This document shows positions 45,884 to 58,432 of a DNA stretch of 64,000 nucleotides, one piece after another. Within the stretch, counting starts at the first letter, position 1, and every line of letters begins with the position of its first letter. The notes under the pieces were generated by a model, which worked only from the letters and a program-made list of their open reading frames with translations, did no database searches and had not been told where the DNA came from. Both the position numbers and the translations under genes were made by a program. This stretch comes from the human T2T-CHM13v2.0 reference genome, Homo sapiens: the NCBI GenBank assembly GCA_009914755.4, contig CP086569.2, positions 20,864,001-20,928,000 on the forward strand, given 5' to 3'.

Positions 45884-46639
45884 TGGAACAAAGATTATAC
45901 AATGCAGAAAGTGTTGTGCCAGGGAAACTGGACATTCATGAGTAAAATAATAAAACTGACCATTTTTTTATATTGTACCTCAAAATTAACATGAAAGTGT
46001 TAAATGTAAACTATAAAACCTTAAAGCTCCTGGAAGGTAACATAAAAAAAGACTTTCTTAATATTGGCAATAATTTTGATGTTACACCAAATGCACATTA
46101 AAAATAGAAAATATAAACATGTTGGACTGCATCAAATAAAAGTTTCTGCCATTATAAAGCTCCGCAAAATTTTAAAAACTCTAGAAGATGAGAAAATACT
46201 TGCAAATTATGTACCTAAAAGGTTAATATTCAAATGTATGAGCTTATTCAGTTTGAAACAAATAACGATAATAACAGCCTACTTAAAAAAATAAGCAAAA
46301 AGTTAAATGCATGTTTATCCAAAGAAGTCATGTGTACAAGGGAAATGCTGTCTGCTCTTGGTGAGTTGTAAATTGCTAAAGTCATCATAAAAACCAGTAA
46401 GCAGGTTGTCTTAAAAATATAACCAAAAGTACCATATAATTCAGCAATTCCGCTTCTGGCCCTACTACCAAATAAATGAGTGCTTGAAGAAATATCTTTA
46501 GCTCCATGTTCATTATGGCATTATTTACAATAACCCAAATATGGTATATATTCACAGTGCAATACTATTCAGCCATAAAGGAAAAGTAAATCTAGCTATT
46601 TACAACAACATGGATGAGTCTGGAGAAGGTTTTGCTTAG

Positions 46640-46725
46640 TAAAAACAATTAAAGGATATATATGTATACACATACATACACATATATATATACACACACA
46701 CAAACACACAGTAAACATGTACATA
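46640..46725. repeat. (TA)n/(CA)n compound simple repeat
   Basis: atatatgtatacacatacatacacatatatatatacacacacacaaacacaca. Confidence 0.9.
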
Positions 46726-47184
46726 TATCACAGTATAAGTATATTCATACTTAAGAAATGATATTGTAAGTCCTATATATGTTCTAATGGGACTACGTTC
46801 CTAGTAAACTTTCTATTATTACAAAAAAAATTACAAAATCATTATTAAGAAATGAGATAATTAATATTTAGTATCTTCTCAGCAATGTTGTAAGCTTTGC
46901 AATTATTAGCCCATTTAAGAAATCTAGAAGTTGAGTGATCCATTAAATTACATTATAATTGGAAAATTTACACATAGAGAGTTTAAGTTACAAACCTAAT
47001 AAAAGACAATAACATTTTGAAGTTAAATAACATTCAATTTATTTATACCTAGGAAGATGCTATTCTAATAAAATTACTGAGTATTAATTTTATAGAAGCA
47101 CATCTGCAACCTCTGTTCAAGTAAAAATCATAAAGCAAATAACATAGAGCATCTCTTCCTGGTGTTTCTAAAATTTCTTCTTCT

Positions 47185-47186
<2 letters not shown>

Positions 47187-47218
<32 letters not shown>

Positions 47219-47492
47219 AGAGGGAGTTTTGCTCTTGTTGCCCAGGCTGGAGTGCAGTGGCACAGTCTTGCCTCAATGCAGCCTCCGCCTCCTGGGTTCA
47301 AGCGATTTTGCTACATCAGGTAGCTGGGATTATAGGTGCCAGCCACCACACCTGGCTAACTTTTTGCAGTTTTGGCAGAGATGAGGTTTCATCATGTTGG
47401 TCAGGCTGGTCTCCAACCCCTGACCTCAGGTGATCCACCCACGTTGGCTTCCCAAAGTGCTGAGATTACTGGCATAAGCCACTGCACCCATA
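47187..47492 (-). mobile_element. Alu (antisense) with 30-nt poly-T
   Basis: t(30)gagagggagttttgctcttgttgcccaggctggagtgcagtggcacag...gcctcccaaagtgctgagattactggcataagccactgcaccc. Confidence 0.95.
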
Positions 47493-47751
47493 CTGTTTCT
47501 GAAATTTCTAAACCATTTATCAACATCTGTACTATTCACTTCACACATTTCAGACACCAAACAAAAAGGAATATGAAAAACATAGTTTAATATAGTTTCT
47601 TAAAAAAAAGACACACAAATATTCTCATGTCCTCAAAAATCATGGAAGAGCACTCCAGTTATGCAGATTTATGCAGATTTATCAGTCTATGTGATAAAGT
47701 GGCCCAGACTGTAAACTTCAAAGAGTTCACTGAAATAAAAAGAGAATCACT

Positions 47752-47877
47752 GGCCGGGCATGGTGGCTGAAGCCTGTAATCTCAGCACTTTGGGAGACCG
47801 AGGTGGGCAGATCATGAGGTCAGGAGATTGAGATCAGCCTGGCTAACATGGTGAAATCCTGTCTCTACAAAAAATAC

Positions 47878-47911
<34 letters not shown>

Positions 47912-48070
47912 TGGTGTGGTGGTAGGTGCCTGTAATCCCAGCTACTTCAGCGTGAGGCAGGAGAACCATTCAAAGGAAGCAGAGGTTGCAGTGACCTGAG
48001 ATCACGCCACTACACTCCAGCCTAGGTGACAGAGCAAGACTCTCATCTCAAAAAAATAAAAATAAAAAAA
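47752..48070 (+). mobile_element. Alu (AluS/Y-like) with long internal/terminal A runs
   Basis: ggccgggcatggtggctgaagcctgtaatctcagcactttgggagaccgaggtgggcagatcatgaggtcaggagattgagatcagcctggctaacatggtgaaatcc... Confidence 0.95.
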
Positions 48071-48407
48071 GAGAATTATTTAAAAATTCAAGAACATAGG
48101 ACAGGAAATGTCTCTATTTTTGAATATAGGAAAAAAAATTGAGGTTTCTTAGAAATTATTTTCATTGCAGCAGAGATTCCTAAACTACATGTTAAGACCT
48201 GAATTTCTGCTTGAACTTTTGTCCTCTTGCTTGTGTTGTCTATTAATACTACTTCTTTCACTCTCATCTTCCTGAGTGTTTGGCTACTATCTCACGTTTC
48301 TTCACATTTTAGGGACTTTTCCCTTACCCGAGACAGGTGATTAGGTCTGGGTTAGAAATAGTGGTACCTGTTTTATTTTTAAAAAGATTAACATATTCAA
48401 GAGATCG

Positions 48408-48614
48408 AGATCATCCTGGCTAACATGGTGAAACCCCGTATCTACTAAAAATACAAAAAAATTTGGCCAGGCATGGTAGCGGGTGCCTGTATTCCCAGCT
48501 ACTCTGGAGGCTGAGGCAGGAGAATGGCTTGAACCCAGGAGACAGACGGAGCTTGCAGTGAGCCGAGATTGTGCCACTGCACTCCAGCCTGGGTGACAGA
48601 GTGAGACTCCATCT

Positions 48615-48660
<46 letters not shown>
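48408..48660 (+). mobile_element. 5'-truncated Alu with ~47-nt poly-A
   Basis: gagatcgagatcatcctggctaacatggtgaaaccccgtatctactaaaaatac...gcctgggtgacagagtgagactccatctc + a(47). Confidence 0.9.
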
Positions 48661-48663
<3 letters not shown>

Positions 48664-48838
48664 TTAACATAGTGCTTGCTGCAGATTTTTCAATTAACAA
48701 CCTTGAAGTGTGCTTAGTAGAAAAGATACATTATATAAAATTTTAGATAATTAATCAAAAAATGGTTTTCTGACAGAATCTTTAAATATTTAAGAAATAT
48801 TCTAAATATATGAGTTATTAGTTTTATTAGCCTAGTAC

Positions 48839-51800
48839 TGTGTCTGGAGTTGGTTCCTTCTGGTGGGTTCTTGGTCTCACTGACTTCAAGAATTAAGCTG
48901 CAGACCTTCGCGGTGAGTGTTACAGCTCGTAAAGATGGTGTGTCCGAAGGTTGTTCCTTCAGATGTTCAGATGTGTCCAGAGTTTCTTCCTTCCAGTGGG
49001 TTCGTGGTCTCGCTGACTTCAAGAATGTAGCTGCGGACGTACATGGTGAGTGTTACAGCTCTTAAATGTGCTGCGGACCCAAAGTGTGAGAATCAGCAAG
49101 AATTATTGTGAAGAGCAAAAGCTTCCACAATGTAGACAGGGACCTGAGAAGGTTGCCACTGCTGGCTGGGGTGGCCAGCTTTTGTTCCCTTATTTGTCCC
49201 CACCCATGTCCTGCTGATTGGTCTGTTTTACAGATTGCTGATTGATGAGGTTATAATCCTTTAGCTAGTCACAGATCAATGATTGGTGCATTTTTACAGA
49301 GTGCTGATTGGTGTGTTTACAATAATTTAGCTAGACACAGCGTGCTGATTGGTGTGTTTTTGCAGAGTGCTGGCTGGTGTGTTGACAATCCTCTAGCTAG
49401 ACAGAAAAGTTCTCCAAGTCCCCGCTCGACCCAGGAAGTCCAGCTGGCTTCATGTCTCAGTCCCCCCCTCTAAACAGGGCACCCCAACTGCTGTTGGGAA
49501 TTGGGCGATGATTGCTCTAGCTACTTCCTGCTGGATAGGGGTGAAGAAGGGCCCTGCAGTTGTAGTGTCCTCTGGAGGGGAACACTTTAGGCCAGTCAAA
49601 GGGCCAGTGGGTTGGTCCAGGGGTCTGCAGTAGAAGTTGTTAGTTGAGGTCATTTGGGGTTCCATTTGTAAGACCATCTGTAGCTTGATGGTCTTGATCC
49701 TAGAGGAAACAAATTTGACAAGGAGATTAAAAATACAGGGACCAAAGGTGAGTAATAGCAAGATGGCTGTCATGGGAACTAGAAAGGGGAGAAGCCATGT
49801 CACCCAACTCCAGAGGTTGGTATAAGAGTTTGAAAGGTATTGTCTGATTTCATAAGCCTTTTCCTATAAATGCTTGGGTGCATCTTGTAACATCCCTGAT
49901 TGGTTAGTGTAAAAACAACACTATTCCCCTAAGAAGGTGCAGAGTCCTCTTTTCTCAACAGTAGGAAGTCTAGGCCTTGGCAGTTTTGGAAAGTCACTGC
50001 TGTCAAAGAGTCTATTTGGGATTGTAGAGTAAGGATAGATTTTGTTATTTCTTGCAAACTGTCTGAGAAATTCTTTGAGAGTGTGTGTTAGTAGGATAAT
50101 AAAGTAGATAAAGTGGCTATTCCGGTTCCTGCAGCAGTAGCCATTTCTAACCGTCTAAGTAGGGGTATTAGTTGTGTGGCTCTGTGCTGATGGACTTGAG
50201 CTTTGAGGGGTACTGATAGAGTCTGATTTCCTGGGGCAATGTCAATGTTGGGAATTAGGAAGACTCCCAGAATTGGGGTATTTCAGGGACTGGTGCATTT
50301 TCTTACTAGGACTTGAGCTTTTAAATGTCTAACAATATCCTGTAATCCTTTATGAACCTCAGGCCTTAGGATATTGCCTTTGATAAAGAAAAGTGGTGGG
50401 GTCTTTTCACCTGATTTGGACTGCATAGGCTTTTTTTCCCCTTCCAAATTGTCCTTCCAATGCCCAGACTTCAGGATTGATTCCCTCCTCAAGCAAGGGA
50501 CAACAAATGATTAACTTGTGCCCCATATTCATGTAGATAATAGCTCCAGCTTTGGCTAATATGTCCCTCCCTAATAAGGGTGTGGGACTTTCAGGCATAA
50601 CAAGAAGGGCATGTGAAAAGAGCAAAGTCTCCCAATTACAACTGACGAGGTGGGAGAAATACCTGGTTACAAGCTGCCCCAGGATTCCTCAATGGTAATG
50701 GACCTTGAGGACAGCTGTCTGGAACAGGAGATTAACACTGAGAAAGCCACACCAGTATCTTGGAGGAAGTCAATTTTCTGGCCTTCAGTGGTTAAACATA
50801 CCCAGAGCTTAGTGAGAGTGATGAAACGAGCTGGTGCTTGCCCCAGGTGCCCTCAGTGTGGTTGTTGGATCATCTGGTTGGGGGCTTCTGGCCCAGAGAA
50901 CCTTTGTCCTCTGGGGCAGGGCACCTTCCAGTGATTGCCTCAGCATAGTGAACATGGGTGAGGGGGCAGCTTGTTTCTTGTTGGACAGTCTTTTTTAAGG
51001 TATCCTTGCAAACCACACTGGTAACAAGCCCTACTGGGTGACTGGCCTGCTCCATTTTCTGTCCTCTCTGAACCACCAAGGTTTGTTTGTCTGAGGGCCA
51101 TGACTAAGGCAGGGGAATTTATCTGATCTCACTTTTCCTTTTCAGCCTGTTCCTCTTGGTCCCTATTATAGAACACCAAGGTTGCCAGGTTTAATAATGC
51201 CTCCAGATTTTGTTCAGGGCCCAGGGCTCACTTTTGGAGCTTTCTCTTGATATCTGCAGCTGATTGGGTAATAAACTTATCTTTTAGGATCATTTGACCC
51301 TTGAGGGAGTCAGGTGATAGGGGAATATATTTTCTTAAGGCCTCTTGTAGCTACTGTGGAAGGCAGAAGGATATTCTTCCTTTCCCTGACTTATGGTGGA
51401 TATCATTGTATAATTCATGGGCTTTTTCCTAATTCTCCTTAGTCCTTCTAGAGTACAGGTCAACAGATGTTTGTGACTCCAGTTCCCATGATGTGAGTCA
51501 AGATACCAGTGGGGATCTATGCTGGGTACAGCTTGCTGACCAGTAGGGAATTTATCCCTTTCTTTCGTTGTCATTCTATCATTTACTTGACTATGGTGCC
51601 AGATATCTCCAAACTCTCAGGCTGCAGCTAAAGCTGCATTCTTTCATTAAAGGCCAGGATTTGATCTATCACTAGCATGACATCTTTCCAAGTGAGATTG
51701 AAGGTTTGCCCTAGACCCTGTAGGACATCTATGCACCCATCAGCATCATCTGAAAACTTTCCCAGGTTTACGTTGATCTACTTTAAATCAGAGAGGGAGA

Positions 51801-54344
51801 AGGGGACATGTACCCAGGTTGGGCCAAATTCCCCTACTCCTACAGCTTGAAGGGGACATAACCGATAGCCCGGGGGAGGGGGCTGTGGTCCCTTGGAGAT
51901 TTATTTCCTTGTTCCCTTCTGGGAAGGGGAGATTAGAGGAGGCTTATCATTAATAGGAAGGGGAGCTATAGGGAGACTAGGATATGGGGGTAAGCTGAGA
52001 GGTCCTCTTGTGGGAAGTAAATTGAAAGTTTTGTATAGTTGTGGATTCTCCTTCAATGAAAAGAAAGCTTGGACATAAGGTATTTCACTCCATTTGCCTT
52101 CCCTCTTACAGAAAATGTCAAGCTGCAGGCTAGTATTGCAATTTATGCTTCCCTCAGGTGGCCATTTTTCCCCTTCAGAGAGAGAATATTGGGGCTAGCC
52201 ATAGTGCAGAAAAAAATAAGCTGCTTGTTTTTCAGGGTTTGTGGGTCAAATTGGTCTCAGTGGCTTAGGATGCATTTCAAGGGTGAGGCTGTTGATGCCT
52301 GAGTGTTTCCCATCTGAAACAAACAAAAAAATGCCTGGCTTTCGTTTGTTTGTTTCCCCCCTCTTTGCCCAAGAACCCTCAACAGTCCCTGGACCCTGCT
52401 CCTCAGAATAGTTGTGCTTAGCAATGCAGCAGCAGAAACCCCTCTTGCCCAAGAACTCATTATGGTCCCTGGACCCTGCTGATCGGAATAGTTGCACTCA
52501 CTGAAGCAGCAGCAGAAACACTAGTTTTCCTCTTAGACCACAAAGAGGACCAAAGAAAGTTGGATTTAGTGGCCCTTACTGATGCATTCTTGAAAACCTG
52601 CACCCTTGCCTGTCCTCTTAGACCACAAAGAGAACTCAGAAAAATCAGCTTTAGTGGCCCTTACTGATGCATTCTCAAAAACCTGATAGAGTCCTAAGTG
52701 TTCTCCTGTTAGTCCTAGGACCTTACTCCTGTCCTATAAAGATGTTATGGACCCAAAATGAATTGGAGGGCCATACCCTGAGGGAGGGAAGGAATCTCCA
52801 GGCTTGGAAGAGTGACACCTTTTTTCATCACTTTTCATCATATGAATAAGAAGGATGTCATTTCTGGGCTCCCCATATCCTAGCTTCAGGAATAGCTTTT
52901 TTCTTAGGCCTGCTAGTCTGAGGAGGGATCCTAAAATTCCAGATGAAACTTTGGGCAAAAATTATGTCTTTCTGATTGGTGAGCTCAGGTACCTAAAGAA
53001 AGGAACAGAATCCTGAAGTTTATAATAGAAATAAATCTTATAGGAGAAAGTAGAAAAGCACCAGAGACAGGGAGTGGTTTTTAGAAGTGTGACTAGCCTT
53101 GGAGAAGAGAGGCAAGAGGAAGTTTGTCTGACAGGTATCAGGATCTAGGAGTCAAGGGTCAGGATAGATAGGATAAATGGGTAAGTCTCACTTGGGCGAC
53201 ATGACTTTGTGAGTTCTATTTATGGCTATGGGGTCAACCAACTTTTTTTGGGACCCTGGGGTTGAATGGCTTCCCTTTCTGTTGGCCCTCAGCTCAGCCC
53301 AGAAGTACAGGAAAAGCAGAAGCTTGTTCCAGGCAAACCAACACTCCCAACTCCATAGATTTGGGAGTTGTTAGGGAACCCTTTCCCAGAAGGCCTGACA
53401 TCCGTGTCTTTAGTCTGGTGATAGCACTAGTTGCTTTTAACTGGCCCAACAGGTGCCCCGTATTTAGCACCCAGATTCTAAGGAAAAATAGGACAGAATA
53501 GCAAGTGAAAGGGGTAGGATGGTACTCACTGCTTGGCAATTGTCCTGCCACAGTCACCAAGATGTGTCCCTTCACGGTCACCAAGATGTGTCTGGAGTTG
53601 ATTCCTTCCGTTGGGTTCTTAGTTTCACTGACTTCAAGAATCAAGCCACAGACCTTCATGATGTGTGTTCCAGCTCTTAAAGATGATATATCTGGAGTTT
53701 ATTCCTTCAGATGTTCAGATGTGTCTGGAGTTTCTTCTTTTTGGTGAGTTTGTGGTCTTGCTGACTTCAAGAATGAAGCTGTGGACCTTTGCAGTAAGTG
53801 TTACAGCTCTTAAAGGTGGTGCATACCCAAATAGTGTGCAGCAGCAAGATTTATTGTGAAAAGCGAAAAAACAAAGATTTCAGAGTGTGGAAGGGGATCC
53901 GAGTGGGTTGCCGCAGCTGGCTGGGGTAGCCAGCTTTTATTCCCTTATTTGTCCCTGCCCACATCCTGCTGATTGGTCCATTTTACAGAGTGCTGATTGG
54001 TGAGTTTACAGTCTTTAGCTAGACACAGAGAACTGATTGCTGCATTTTTATGGAGTGCTGATTGGTGCATTTACATTCCTTTAGCTAGACACAGAGTGTT
54101 GATTGCTGCATTTTTACAGAGTGCTGATTGGTGAGGTTACAATCCTTTGGCTAGACACACAGTGTTGATTGGTGCATTTTTACAGAATGCTGATTGGTGC
54201 ATTTACAATCCTTAAGCTAGACACAGAGTGCTGATTGGTGCGTTTTTACAGAGCACTGATTTGTGTGTTTACAATCCTCTAGCTAGACAGAAAAGTTCTC
54301 CAATCCCCACTCAACCCAGGAAGTCCAGCTGGCTTCACCTCTCA
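48839..54344 (-). mobile_element. HERV9 (ERV9, class I) provirus, minus orientation, internally deleted (~4.1 kb internal vs ~7-8 kb expected): 3'LTR(LTR12)-PPT-env tail ... RT N-term-protease-gag remnants-PBS(Arg)-5'LTR(LTR12)
   Basis: LTR12 copies at 48839-49460 and 53587-54344 (rc: CCAAT U3 repeats, aataaa R, gctgtaacactcac U5 repeats); PPT rc agagggggggac immediately 5' of the 3'LTR start TGAGACATGAAGCC; PBS rc TGGTGACCGTGAAGGGAC (53566-53583), 3 transitions from the tRNA-Arg(CCG) PBS TGGCGACCACGAAGGGAC; minus ORFs: env TM anchor/tail WLLPFLVPMTAILLLLTFGPCIFNLLVKFVSSRIKTIKLQMVLQMEPQM (49450-49803), protease LLGRDILAKAGAIIYM + RT start CCPLLEEGINPEVWA (50407-50625), gag CA-like QGKEEYPSAF (51335-51574). 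Confidence 0.85.
53566..53583 (-). promoter_or_regulatory. Primer-binding site of the HERV9 provirus (tRNA-Arg type), degenerated by transitions
   Basis: rc TGGTGACCGTGAAGGGAC sits 3 nt internal to the 5'LTR U5 end (…tccagacaca). Confidence 0.6.
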
Positions 54345-56149
54345 ATACTACTGAATTAAAATTAGTGGTAAAAATTGAATATAAAGTTATGGGTAACAAT
54401 ATTTTACTCCACTAAGTTTTCAAAATTACTGCTAATCTAGAGTAAAGGACACAAAGTGGCTCAAGAAAAAAGAATGAGCTTCATGCCAAGATAAAACATC
54501 TTGAAGATTTTCTTTTCTGCAACAAAAACTCCCAATTCCTCTTGAAAAGTGAAACTAAAATTAATTCATGCAGAGCAGAAGCTCCCAACAGACATTCTAC
54601 AAAGGAAAAAAAAAAAAAAAACTTAGGGAGACCCAGTTTCTCTAGTTCTCTAACATCACATCCCTACATAAATTTCACTGGGTAGTGTCCAAGGCATTTT
54701 CTCTACTCCAGAGAAAACTACATGGTCACATTTCTGAATGTAAACCATCCCTTAAAAAATACATGTATTTACTGAGTGACAGAGTTCTTAATTTGACTGC
54801 AGATGAAATGAGTTAAGAAAACTACTTCTGACTTATATGAGTGACTAATGTTATCCAGTAAAATAATTTTTAATACAGTAATATTCTGTAAAATTTACAC
54901 CTCTTAGAACAAAAATGGCATGCCAGAAATTTTTGCTGCTAAAATGGAAATATGAGCCACAATGACCTGCCCTTTTCAAACCTGAACAGAGAAAGCCATG
55001 TCACCTCCTTTGTGAGCAAAAGATGAACTCAACCTTTTAGAAGCCCTCATGCTTGACTGTGGCCTCACCATAGAATCATGTGAGGCACTTAATTAAAACA
55101 AACAAACAAACAAAAAAACAGGGCTTCTCACACCCAGAACAATGCACAAAATCTATGTGGAGGGTACCAGTGATGGCATCTGTTTAAACTGTTCATATAA
55201 TTCCTATTGAAAGACTGGGCTTAGACTCACTTAGTGAAGTTTTTCCTCAAAAACTTCAATGTGCATATAAATTATTTGGTATTCCATGCCTCACTGTAAG
55301 TAACATGATTCCACAGATTTTAAAAGGGTCTATGAATTAACTTTTTAAAACACACCACGTGTTAATGCTAATGATATTCCTTCTAAACTCATTATAGTAG
55401 CATTCAGCGAGAGAAAAGAGGGCACAGCACAGAAGGTCCCTTACCTTAACACACATATCACAACACAAATACTTTTAGTCCAAAGAAAAAGACTAAAAAT
55501 CACCATCCTAAAATATGACATTTTCTGCAGCCTCTTTAAAGTTTACAGAAGCTATAAATTGTGCCAATGTCTGAGTCTGCATTTGAAAAACACATTTGCA
55601 AATGCATTAATGAAAAGATTACGTAGCATGTACTGTGTTCAGGATTCTGTTACAGAGTGGTGAGCTGGGACCTCACATAATGTGTGTTAATCCAGGTAAA
55701 ACTGTGTGAGATGGGTACTAAGTTTTCCAGAATTTTCAGAATCTAAATGCAGGGTTCAGTATTTATAATCTACTTCTGTTTTTCTATCATTGATTTTAAA
55801 AAGATTTGTGCAAAAACAATGCTCAAAATAGATACATGAGAGAGATAAAGGAAGTGTTAAGTGTAGTTGAAAGAGATTTTTGTGTGTGTGTCTGCATTTA
55901 CATTATTGAGACTTGTGGAAAAACTAGTGGAATTGTAGATATGGAAAATAGGTTTCTACGTGGGATGCCTATAGAAACACTGATTTCAATTTAAAAAAAA
56001 AAGAAATTAAGGCCCCCAAATATATGGCTTTGTTCTCACTTATTTGTTTTTTGGTTTCAGGAAATTGTGAGCACCAGCTAGCTCTGAAGAGGAAGCAGAA
56101 GCAACAACCCCAAATAATGATTAGTCCTCTAATTAGTTCAGTAAGAGAT

Positions 56150-58432
56150 TCTGACATGGTTTGTCTCTGTCACTTCTGAAATATCATCTTGAATTCTCAC
56201 GTGTGATGAATGAAACCCAGTGGGAGTTAATTGAATCATGGGGGCGACCTTTTTCGTGCTGCTCTCATGTTAGTCAATAAATCTCATTAAATCTAATGGC
56301 TTTGTAAGGGGGAGCTTCTCTGCACAAGCTCTCTGTTTGCCAGCTGCCATCCATGTAAGACGTGAATTTCTCCTGCTTGCTTTCTGCCATGATTGTGAGG
56401 CCTCCCCACAAACTTGGAACTGTAAGGTCATTAAATCTCTTTCTTTTGTAAATTGCCAAGTGCCTAGTATGTCTTTATCAGCAGCATGGAGATTGACTAA
56501 TACAGTAAATTGGTACTGAGAGTGGGGTTCTGCTGAAAAGAAACCTGAAAATGTGGAAGTGACTTTGGAACTGGATAACAGACAGAGGTTGAAACAGTAT
56601 GGAGGGCTGAGAAGAAGACAGGAAAATGTGGAAAATTTTGTAACTTCCTAGAGATATATTGAATAGTTTTGACCAAAATGCTGATAATGATATGGACAGT
56701 GAAATCCCGACTGTGTTGGTCTCAGATGGAGATGAGGAACTTGTTGGAAACTGGAGTAAAGGTGATGCTTGTTATGCTTTAGCAAAAACGACTGGCAGCA
56801 TTTTGCCCCCTGCCCTAGAGATCAGTGGGACTTTGAACTTGGGAGAGATGATTCAGGGCATCTAGCAGAATAAATTTCTAAGCAGCAAAGCATTCAAAAA
56901 GTCACTTTGGTACTATCAAAGGCATTCAGTTTTAAAAGGAAAATACACATAAAAATTGAGAAAATTTGCATCCTGACTATGCAATAGAAAACAAAATTCC
57001 ATGTTTTGAGGAGAAATTCAAGCCAGCTGAATATATCTGCATAAGTAATAAGAAACTCAATGCTAATCACCAAGACAGTGGGGAAAACATCTCCAGGATG
57101 TGTCAGAGACCTTTGTCAAAGCTGCTTTCATCACAGGCCCAGAGACCTAGGAGGCAAAATAAAATTATTTAGTGGACTGGGACCAGGCTTTTTCTGCTCT
57201 GTGCAATCTATGGACTTGGTCCCCTGCATCCCAGAAGCTTTAGCCATAACTTAAAAGAGCCAAGGTACAGCTCAGGCTATGGCTTCTGAGGGTCCAAGCC
57301 CCAAGCATTGACAGCTTCCATGTGGTTTTGAGCCTATGGGTGCACAAAAGTCAAGAATTGAAGTTTGGGAACCTCCACCTACATTCCAGAGAATATATAA
57401 AACATCTGGATAACCAGGCAGTAGTTTGCTGCAGGGGTGGGGCACTCACGGAGAACCTCTGCTATGGGAGTGCAGAAGGGAATCATGGGGTGGGAGTGCA
57501 GAAAGAAAAATGGAGTCTCCACTGAGGTGCTGCCTAGTGGAGCTATGAGAAGTGAGCCACCATCTTCAAGACACTGGAATGGTAGATCCAATAACAGCCT
57601 GCACTGTGCACCTGGAAAAGCTGCAGACACTCAACAGTAGCCTGTGAAAGTAGGTGGGAGGGAGGCTGCACGCTGCAAAGCCACAGGATGGGAGATTTCT
57701 AAGACCATAGGAACCACCCTCTTCCATCAGCATGATCCAGTTTAAGACATGAAGTCAAAGGAGATCATTTTGAAGTGCTAAGATTTGACTGTCCACTGGA
57801 TTTTGGACTTGCTTGGGGCCTGTAGCCCTTTTGTTTTGACCAATTTCTCCCATTTAAAATGACTGTCATTATCTGATGCATATACCCCCATTGTACTAGG
57901 AAAGAACTAAATTGCTTTTGATTTTATAGGCTCATAAGTGGAAGGCACTTACTTTAGCTCAGATGAGACACTGGACTTCTGAGTTAATCCTGAAATGAAT
58001 TAAGTCTTGGAAACTGTTTGGAAGACGTGATTGGTTTTGAAATGTGAGGACATGATATTTGGGAGGGGCCAGGAGTGGAATGATATGCTTTGGCTGTGTT
58101 CGCACCCAAATCTCATCTTGAATTCCACCGTGTTGTGGGAGGGACCAGGTGGGAGACAATTGAATCATGGGGGCAGGCCTTTCCCATGTTTTTCTCACAA
58201 TAGTGAATAAGTCTCATGAGATCTGATTCTTTTACAAGGGACTTTTTATGCACAAGCTCTCTGTTTGCCTGTTGCCATCCATGTAAGACATGACTTGCTC
58301 CTCTGTGACTTCTACTATGATTGTGAGGCCTCCCCAGACACTTGGTACTCTAAGTCCACCAAACCTCTTTTTTTTTAATTGCCCAGTCTAGGGTATGTCT
58401 TTATCAGAAGCATGAAAATGAACCAATACAGA
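56150..58432 (+). mobile_element. THE1-type MaLR (ERVL-MaLR) complete element: 5'LTR 56150-56505, internal 56506-58080, 3'LTR 58081-58432
   Basis: Both LTRs match the THE1 LTR signature tgatatggtttggctgtgt.cccacccaaatctcatcttgaatt...gtgggagggacc.ggtgggag..aattgaatcatggggg...ccatgattgtgaggcctcccca...gtatgtctttatcagcagcatg.....aatacag; candidate 4-5 bp TSD (g)ATTC at both flanks. Confidence 0.85.

Noticed and set aside
49450-49803. Possibility that the syncytin-like 117-aa ORF is a functional captured env gene
   Set aside because: Only the membrane anchor and cytoplasmic tail survive. The SU domain and the TM ectodomain (fusion peptide, ISD) are deleted, the ORF has no plausible start, and it runs into the LTR.
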